Source of the DNA: Lachnospiraceae bacterium
GTDB taxonomy: Bacteria; Bacillota; Clostridia; Lachnospirales; Lachnospiraceae
NCBI GenBank assembly: GCA_017448245.1
Contig: JAFSLV010000028.1
Coordinates: 32,441 to 96,440, forward strand
DNA length: 64,000 nt
Direction: 5' to 3'
Under the pieces are notes generated by a model. That model searched no databases, was not told the DNA's origin, and saw only the letters and a list, made by a program, of their open reading frames with translations. Numbering within the stretch: the stretch's first letter is position 1; each line of letters starts with the position of its first letter. Made by a program: the position numbers and the translations under genes. Below, one piece after another: positions 57,506 to 64,000 of the stretch.

Positions 57506-59218
57506 TTATGCCAGGCTATTCAGCAGATGGTCGAGCATCTCGCTCACCACGTTGATGTATCTGCTCGATGCGTTAAAGGCGTTCTGGAACTGGATCATGA
57601 ACTGTAGCTCCTCATCCTGGTTGACGCCGTGGACCTCTTCCCTTGCGCTCGCGATGCCGTCCACCGTCAGCTCCTGGAACTCCATGATGCCCTTGTAGAT
57701 CGAGCCGCTCGTTGCGACCTGCGTGCACAGCGCGTTATAGTAGCCGCGCAGCGAGTTTCTTGTGGCGACATTGGGATTGAGCACGTAGTTTTCCGCGGAA
57801 AACGCTTCCTTCATCGCGGCGATCGCCGCCTCGTCATGGTCACCCGTGAGCGTGCGGAAGGAAAAGAGCGTCGGATCCTTCTGCAGCTTGTCGTTGATGA
57901 CCGTATTGGTGACGGAGAGCCCCATGCGGTTTAAGCCCGCCAGATGCTCATCGTCGATCTTGTAGCCGAGTCCCAGTGTCGGATCCGCGACCTCAAAGAG
58001 GATCCAGTCGGCGGTATCGCCCTCTCCGGAGATCGTCGCGGGATTGGACTGCGCGTTGCGCATGACCTCGTTGATTGCCATGCACGTATTGTGGAAGAGC
58101 ATGTCAAATTCCGCTTCCATATTCATGATGATCGACTGTGCGATATTCTCGTTATAAAACGCATTGGACGCGTCGTCCTTGATGTCGTGGTAGTTGGCGT
58201 AGTGGTCACCTCTGGCAAGGAGGGTCGAGCGCAGGCTCCCGACGTCCGTGCGCATCGCGCTGGAGACCTGGAGCCTTAAGTCGATGACCTTCGCGCCGTC
58301 GATGTTCAAATACTTTTCCATTACGGGTGTGCCGGTTGGATCACCCGGCGGAATCCACTGCAGATTGCCGTACTGGTCCGTCGCCTGCCTCTGGTCTTCC
58401 TTGGCCGCAAATTCCCAGTACGGCGTATAGAAGTGATCGCAGCTGTCCGACGTATCGAGACCGATATGATGCACGGAATCCGTCATGACAAAGGCCGTTC
58501 CTTCGATGGAAACGGTCACGACACGGAGCGGATCCTCTTGGTATTCAATGTCCACATATTTGGAGAGTTCGTCCAGAATCTCATTCCGGCGGTCACGCAG
58601 GTCGTTGGCATGCTCGACACCGCCGCCCTCGATCCGGGAGATCGCCTTATTCAGCTCCAAGAGCTCGTCGCCGTAGGCATTGATCTTGCTTACGATGTCT
58701 GCGACGTTATTATTCATGCGGTTCTGGTAATCCTGAAAACCCTTGTAGACCGCCTTTCCCCTGACCAGAAATTCATTGGCCCGGTTGACAAACTGGGCCT
58801 GGTAGGTCGCGTCCGTCGGATCCTTGCTGAGCTCCTGGATGGCGGTCCAGAGATTGTTATAGGTATCGGCAAATTCCGCACCGTTGAGTTCCTGCAGCTG
58901 GTCTTCGATCTCCTTCATCGTATTGTAGGAGACCTCATAAAAAGCACTCCTGCCGCCTTCGAGGCGGTAGGATTTGTCGAGGAAGATATCCCTCACCTGC
59001 TTGGTATTGTTATATACGACGCCCAGACCGTTCTGCATCGGGCCGTTCATGTTGTAATCGACCTTGATGGTGTTATACTCCATCGTGCCCTGCGTCACCT
59101 GCTGCCTTGTGTACGCGTTGGTGCCGATGTTGGCCATGTTATGCGCCGTGGTATTCAGTGCGTTCTGTGATGTTCTCAGTCCCGAGGAACCGACGTATAA
59201 GTTTGAAAAAAGAGACAT
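57506..59218 (-). CDS. flgK: Hook-associated protein 1 (FlgK), copy A
   Basis: LYVGSSGL, AHNMAN...YTRQ, HGVNQDEE. Confidence 0.95.
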   Translation of the reverse strand: MSLFSNLYVGSSGLRTSQNALNTTAHNMANIGTNAYTRQQVTQGTMEYNTIKVDYNMNGPMQNGLGVVYNNTKQVRDIFLDKSYRLEGGRSAFYEVSYNTMKEIEDQLQELNGAEFADTYNNLWTAIQELSKDPTDATYQAQFVNRANEFLVRGKAVYKGFQDYQNRMNNNVADIVSKINAYGDELLELNKAISRIEGGGVEHANDLRDRRNEILDELSKYVDIEYQEDPLRVVTVSIEGTAFVMTDSVHHIGLDTSDSCDHFYTPYWEFAAKEDQRQATDQYGNLQWIPPGDPTGTPVMEKYLNIDGAKVIDLRLQVSSAMRTDVGSLRSTLLARGDHYANYHDIKDDASNAFYNENIAQSIIMNMEAEFDMLFHNTCMAINEVMRNAQSNPATISGEGDTADWILFEVADPTLGLGYKIDDEHLAGLNRMGLSVTNTVINDKLQKDPTLFSFRTLTGDHDEAAIAAMKEAFSAENYVLNPNVATRNSLRGYYNALCTQVATSGSIYKGIMEFQELTVDGIASAREEVHGVNQDEELQFMIQFQNAFNASSRYINVVSEMLDHLLNSLA

Positions 59219-59356
59219 GGTATTATTCCTCGTTTTCTCAAAACGGCAAATGCCCCTTCATCCGGGTGTGCAAGCCCCCGTCTGCAGAGTCGCTTGCCGG
59301 TTTTGAGGTATCAAAAAAGCAGCCTGCCTTTCGTTTCCTGTGATCGGATTGCCGGG

Positions 59357-59875
59357 TCATTGCTTTGCGTCAAATTTCCCCTGATCCAATCCGATCACAT
59401 CACCCGATGTGCCAGCTGCTCTTGTATAATTCGCCGTTTCCGGAGCACGTCCCGATGTTTGGAGGATGTTCATTTCAAACTGTACCATTTCCAGAGAGCT
59501 CTGCAACAGTTCCTGGTTCTGGCCATTGACCCGCTTGACGTTGTCGGCGACCACCTTCAGCCGGTCCCGTTCCTCCGCAAGCTGCCTCTGCTCCTCCGGC
59601 CTCTTATCCAGCATTTGGACCAGATCGGTCAGCCTTAACGAATTAACATCCATGTTGAGTACGTTTGCGATGTCCTTCATCGCCGACTGGCGTTTCTTGT
59701 CCAGTGTGGCGATCTTTGCAACGATACCCTGCTCCTCATCCGTGATCTGCGATAATTCACTTAAGTCGCCCGATACGATGACTGACGTTTTTCTGCTCGA
59801 CAATCCCAAAAGCGTTTCATACAGTTCTGTTTCCTGATGCAGTGTCGCAATCAGGTCTTCCATCAAACTCGCCAT
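59357..59875 (-). CDS. flgN: Flagellar export chaperone FlgN
   Basis: Helical, between flgM and flgK; VNGQNQELL, ends FDAKQ. Confidence 0.9.
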   Translation of the reverse strand: MASLMEDLIATLHQETELYETLLGLSSRKTSVIVSGDLSELSQITDEEQGIVAKIATLDKKRQSAMKDIANVLNMDVNSLRLTDLVQMLDKRPEEQRQLAEERDRLKVVADNVKRVNGQNQELLQSSLEMVQFEMNILQTSGRAPETANYTRAAGTSGDVIGLDQGKFDAKQ

Positions 59876-59911
59876 GGGAAGTCTCCTGCACTGTGTGCTA
59901 CAGTATGAAGA

Positions 59912-60184
59912 TTACGCCTTCCATGCCGCTAACAGCTTGTCGGCGAAATCGTCCACAGAGACATCGTAGGTACCGTTCTGGATTCTCTCCTTAATCGGCT
60001 CCACGAGCTCCGTTCTGACGTCCGGCGCTTCCTTTACGGCGTTCTTGGCGGTCAGAATGTCTTTGCCGATCGAGCTGATCTCGACATTATCCGTCGTCTG
60101 ATACGCCTTCTGCGCGGAGGCAACCTGTGCCACCTTCTTCGGACTGTAGACCTGCTGTACTTGATTGTAGGCCTCGATACGCAT
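59912..60184 (-). CDS. flgM: Anti-sigma-28 factor FlgM
   Basis: DNVEISS, PDVRTELVEPIKERIQNGTYDVS. Confidence 0.95.
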   Translation of the reverse strand: MRIEAYNQVQQVYSPKKVAQVASAQKAYQTTDNVEISSIGKDILTAKNAVKEAPDVRTELVEPIKERIQNGTYDVSVDDFADKLLAAWKA

Positions 60185-60254
60185 TGTCGGTTACTCCTTT
60201 CCTGCTACCCCATTTTGTTGTCGTAAACGTACTTCTCCCCTGATTACACTCTAT

Positions 60255-60282
60255 ATATCGGGCATCCCCTGCAAAACCTTTA
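60255..60282 (-). promoter_or_regulatory. Sigma-28 promoter of flgM operon
   Basis: TAAA-N16-CCCGATAT. Confidence 0.8.
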
Positions 60283-60321
60283 GGGATGTTTTTACAATTT
60301 TGTAAAAAGATGAAACATCTG

Positions 60322-61125
60322 TCAGGCCTTAAAATCGATGGCGTGTCCGATCATCTGTTCCTCTGCCGTCTCCACGTTGTCCGCCCGGAAGGCAAAGGTC
60401 CAGGCGTCGATCCTCTGTACGAGCTCCTCGATCGAATCGGCCATGAGGATCTCATAATCCTCCTCATCCTCTTCGATTTTCGAACGTTCTTTCGCCTTTT
60501 CCGCCCGGTCGGCCCGTTTTTCCTCGATTTTTTCTTTTTGTTTTTCCTTGGCGGCCTTCTTTTCCGCTGCCTTGGCGGCCTCCTTTTTGGCGGCGCGCTT
60601 CTGCTCGATCCTCGCCTGGAAATCCTTCTGGGACTTGTCCATCACCGCAAAGAAGGAGGCTCTGCCGTCATTGCCGACCTGCATGCCGATCGTCTTGATG
60701 TTGCCGTTCGCACCCATCATCTGCTGCAGCACCGGCATCTTGGACTGCGCGGTCGCGATGAGATTCTCGTACTTGTTGCGGAAGCTCTCGTCGGAGGCCA
60801 TCTTCTCGATCTTTTCCTCGTCGATCAGGACGACCATCCGGTTCTTGTTGCCATAGCTCGATGCCTGGTTCTTGGCGACATCGATCATATCCTTGGACAC
60901 GAGCACAAAATCCATGTCCTTGTATTTATTCTTCAGTTCCTCGTAATACTTGGCGCCTTCCTCGGAGAGCTCGGGCTTTCCGATCGTTGCGCCGTAATTG
61001 GCGCTTTTGGTTGTCTTGCCGGGCATGGGCGTCTTGGAGGCCGGTGCACTGTTTTGCGCTTTCCCCGTCTGCTGTGCAGGAAAAAGATTGCTGACGCTGT
61101 TTGCGATTTCGTTGATGCCGCTCAT
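60322..61125 (-). CDS. Conserved hypothetical protein (DUF6033-like) with K/E/A-rich coiled C-terminus
   Basis: YYEELKNKY...DFVLVS...IEKMASD pattern; sigma-28-like -10 TCCGATAT at 61214-61221. Confidence 0.6.
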   Translation of the reverse strand: MSGINEIANSVSNLFPAQQTGKAQNSAPASKTPMPGKTTKSANYGATIGKPELSEEGAKYYEELKNKYKDMDFVLVSKDMIDVAKNQASSYGNKNRMVVLIDEEKIEKMASDESFRNKYENLIATAQSKMPVLQQMMGANGNIKTIGMQVGNDGRASFFAVMDKSQKDFQARIEQKRAAKKEAAKAAEKKAAKEKQKEKIEEKRADRAEKAKERSKIEEDEEDYEILMADSIEELVQRIDAWTFAFRADNVETAEEQMIGHAIDFKA

Positions 61126-61225
61126 GATATGACCCTCCTTGGTGGTGTCAAAAAACTGTTCCGTCCGTGGTAACATAAGAAGGACACGCAAAGAACTCCT
61201 TCTTACCTTCTATATATCGGACGTC

Positions 61226-63934
61226 TTATGCAATTTCTTGAACAGGAAGTTCTTCCCCCGAAGATGCATCCCCTCTGTGCTTATTATAAAAGGAAGAGAC
61301 CGCATACGCAAGCACACAGATCAGTGCAAGGACAGAAAGCGTAATCCCCGCGGTAAGACCCTTCGGGCGATAGATCAGGGAAATCGTATGTTCCCCCTCT
61401 TCGAGCGGGATGCTCAGGAACAGACCCATAAAGCGCGCCGTCTCCGTTTCCTGTCCGTCGACACTCACGCGCCAGGCCTCGTCATAAGGAATCGTCGATG
61501 CGAGATGCGTATCGCGCGCCGCACGGTACGTCACCGTCAGCCGTGCGTCGCTCTCCATCGACATCGTAAAAGGAGCAGCCTGCACGGCGGAAGCCACCGT
61601 GCCGATCCGGTCGATCAGCTCGCGGCTGATATGGATCCGGTCCGGCGAAAAGAGCTCGTCCTCGCTCGTGATGTCGATCCGGACACTGCTGCCGGGTGCA
61701 AATGTACCTATATAATAGACACGCTGCACGCCGGTAAACTCCACCGAGGACTTGTAGACCCAGCCGTCCGTCTCCGTATACGGGGTCATGTCGAGATAGG
61801 TGACCTGTGCCGTATCCATAAAAGAGAGCGGCATCGTATCACACAGGATGTCCATCGTGCCCCGCCCTTCCGGCAGATGCAGATAGACCGGATAGGGCAC
61901 GTCACCCGCTCCCGTAAGAGAGATATGGAAGATGCCATCCGCATCCACGGTATAGGTAAAAGGAATCCGTGTCATCACTTCCCCGACAGGGGATTCGGAT
62001 AAAGCCGAAAAACACCGGTTCAACTGTGTGAAAGGATCCGTGGTCCCGTCCTCCTGCACGAGATCCCTGACCGCAAAGAAGAGCGGAAGCGCCGCGTCAT
62101 TGCGATAAACGGTATGTCCGTTCACGCGCGTCGATTCCACATATCCCTTGTGCTCGATACGCCGGGCCGATGCGATATAGCGCATCCCGGTGAGACTCTC
62201 GATCGCAAGCGGCATGTGCGCGTTGTAATTGCCGTAGTACCAGTCATGCTCGAGTCCGAATTCGCACAGCGCATCGAGGAGCGGGCGGTTCTCGGTCGAG
62301 AGATAGTTGGAGATTCCGCGGTATCCCAAAAGAAACGAATCGTTCCTTGTATAGAACTCCGCAAAGTCCATCCGGTAAAACGGAGCGCCCTTGGCGTCAC
62401 GTGCCTGCGGCGCACTTTGCTCCGACACCGCCGTCTCCTCAACCGCTTCGACGACCTGCTGCCTCGATCTCACCGTATCAAAGAAGGACTGCGCCCAAAA
62501 AGACCCCGCCACGTGCTGCGACGTAATCGCAATCGTATTCATGTACGCGCCGGCGAGCATCATGACAGCGATTACCACATAGGGGAGCGTGGACTTTCTG
62601 ATCCTGGTGAACAGCCAGACGCTGACAAGGATCTGCGCTATGTCATACATGATCTCTTTTGCAAAAAAGAGTCCCATCGTGTCGTTGACGACCCAGACAA
62701 AAAAGACGAGCACGGCAACCACCACATACCGGTAGGATATCCTCGCCTGTCCGATACGCAAAAGCATCCGGTAGGCAAACCAGAGCATCAGAAACGAAAA
62801 AAGGAAAGAATAGCGGTAATTGAACCACGCATTCACGCTCATTCCGTGCCATACCATGTTGACGGTGCTGTTCCAGAAGGAGAGGAAGAAGACACCGCCC
62901 AGCGCACACCACACCAGTTTTTTGTAGAGCGTCACCGACTTGTCGAACAGAAAGCATACGATGAGCACAACGGGAATCACACCGAAATAGATCAGCGGCA
63001 GATTGTCGGACTGTGCATCGGTACGCCCGGTAAAGAGTCCGGAAAAGAAATGTGTAAAATTAAAAATACCGCGCATCGTTTCATAGGCCTCGTCCGCGGA
63101 CTGAATGCGTTCCTCCGGAAGGCCCAGGTAGATCGGAAGCAAAAGAAACGCGGAGAGCGCGCCCGCACACAGGGACGAAAGCGCATAGCGCACAAAACTG
63201 CCCTTCAGTGTATGCCGCACATCCTGCAGTGCGTCCGCACGAAAGAGCTGATAAAAAATATAGATCAGCACCGAACCGATGCAGAGCATATAGCCGATGT
63301 AATAATTGGCGATCAGCGCATAGGCAAGAGAAAAAATATACAGCAGCACCTTCTTTTTTTCGATCAGGCGGATGATTCCGAGCGCGATGAGCGGAAGCAC
63401 CATCACGCCGTCCATCCAGGTGAGATTCCAGGAATAGAAGACCATATAGCTGATAAAGGCGTAACAGGAGGAAAAGGCGCTGCGGATCGCCACCCTTGCG
63501 ATCGGTGACATCTCGTCCTGTACGGCATCATAAGAGGTTGCGTTGAGCAGGATGCAAAAAGACAGCGCCGTGCAGACCCATTTGACCGCGGCGATCAGAT
63601 GGATCCCCGCGACCGGATTGTCCGGAAAGAGCAGTAATAAAAAGTGAAACGGGCTTGCCGCGTAATAGCCGATCGTCGGCAACAGACCGTTTCCGAGAAC
63701 TGCCCGAAAGGAATACAGGAGACTTTCTTTTTCCGCAAGGGCATTGATCACCGTGCGGTACATCGCCGCATACTGTCCGCCGTCGGTAAATAACAGCGTG
63801 CACTCGCCGAAGGGATACAGACGCAGCCGGAAAAAAATCAGGATCAGCAGAATGCACGTGACGGATGCCGTGAGTAACAGCGCACACTGTTCCTCGCCGG
63901 TATCCTCGATCAGTTCTTCCAGGCGCTTTTTGAT
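61226..63934 (-). CDS. YfhO-family polytopic membrane protein (GT-C fold), probable ATC start
   Basis: YYAASPF, WMDG..LP, WHG...NAWFNYRYSF, STIPYDEAWRVSVDG, YRPKGL; the frame is open 57 codons upstream of ATG 63763 and encodes a TM helix and YPFG. Confidence 0.85.
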   Translation of the reverse strand: MKKRLEELIEDTGEEQCALLLTASVTCILLILIFFRLRLYPFGECTLLFTDGGQYAAMYRTVINALAEKESLLYSFRAVLGNGLLPTIGYYAASPFHFLLLLFPDNPVAGIHLIAAVKWVCTALSFCILLNATSYDAVQDEMSPIARVAIRSAFSSCYAFISYMVFYSWNLTWMDGVMVLPLIALGIIRLIEKKKVLLYIFSLAYALIANYYIGYMLCIGSVLIYIFYQLFRADALQDVRHTLKGSFVRYALSSLCAGALSAFLLLPIYLGLPEERIQSADEAYETMRGIFNFTHFFSGLFTGRTDAQSDNLPLIYFGVIPVVLIVCFLFDKSVTLYKKLVWCALGGVFFLSFWNSTVNMVWHGMSVNAWFNYRYSFLFSFLMLWFAYRMLLRIGQARISYRYVVVAVLVFFVWVVNDTMGLFFAKEIMYDIAQILVSVWLFTRIRKSTLPYVVIAVMMLAGAYMNTIAITSQHVAGSFWAQSFFDTVRSRQQVVEAVEETAVSEQSAPQARDAKGAPFYRMDFAEFYTRNDSFLLGYRGISNYLSTENRPLLDALCEFGLEHDWYYGNYNAHMPLAIESLTGMRYIASARRIEHKGYVESTRVNGHTVYRNDAALPLFFAVRDLVQEDGTTDPFTQLNRCFSALSESPVGEVMTRIPFTYTVDADGIFHISLTGAGDVPYPVYLHLPEGRGTMDILCDTMPLSFMDTAQVTYLDMTPYTETDGWVYKSSVEFTGVQRVYYIGTFAPGSSVRIDITSEDELFSPDRIHISRELIDRIGTVASAVQAAPFTMSMESDARLTVTYRAARDTHLASTIPYDEAWRVSVDGQETETARFMGLFLSIPLEEGEHTISLIYRPKGLTAGITLSVLALICVLAYAVSSFYNKHRGDASSGEELPVQEIA

Positions 63935-64000
63935 GACTCCCCCCTCCCGCGGTCAGTGCTGCGGCACGATACGCCTTTTACTTTTACCTCCGAAGGTCGA

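Noticed and set aside
377-63508. Many long opposite-strand ORFs (e.g. 377-1537 +, 5883-7190 +, 13951-15174 +, 30406-31758 +, 62114-63508 +)
   Set aside because: Shadow frames of real genes with high GC3; no family motifs and no SD
63953-63955. In-frame TGA upstream of the YfhO gene as selenocysteine or readthrough
   Set aside because: A strong SD follows the stop, so re-initiation at ATC is simpler; no SECIS-like evidence
1-64000. IS elements, integrases, tRNA/rRNA, CRISPR arrays, pse/leg/neu genes
   Set aside because: No recognisable motifs or repeat arrays were found by eye

Overview
A 64 kb segment from a motile Clostridia genome, most likely Lachnospiraceae (inferred from fliW-csrA, tandem flgK and the accessory glycosyltransferase families). 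The right third (45-61 kb, minus strand) is the late flagellar cluster under sigma-28 promoters: flgM, flgN, flgK x2, flgL, fliW, csrA, a CgeB-type GT, flaG, fliD, fliS, an FlgN-like gene and two short paralogous flagellins. The left 45 kb is a large mosaic glycan-modification island that abuts the flagellins. It holds five CgeB/DUF3880-type GTs (one inside the flagellar cluster), several GT2/GT4/StrF-like GTs, five LicD phosphotransferases, LicA/LicC, a TagF-like protein, gmd, an O-methyltransferase and a GT2-FkbH mega-fusion. It also holds a phosphonate pathway (cytidylyltransferase-PEP mutase fusion plus phosphonopyruvate decarboxylase, coupled to a LicD) next to a wHTH-cytidylyltransferase/ABC-transporter operon. 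Three observations stand out. (1) A candidate pathway for phosphonate-decorated flagellar glycan. (2) A 102-bp inverted-repeat element between the flgL Shine-Dalgarno and start codon whose stem would restore 8-nt spacing. (3) Two tandem HipA-like kinases (one frameshifted near its 3' end) plus an ATPase-nuclease gene embedded in the glycan operon. No rRNA, tRNA, CRISPR array or transposase was recognised. All family calls come from motif recognition by eye; no database search was run. Several starts were moved from the ORF track on SD, promoter or overlap evidence.
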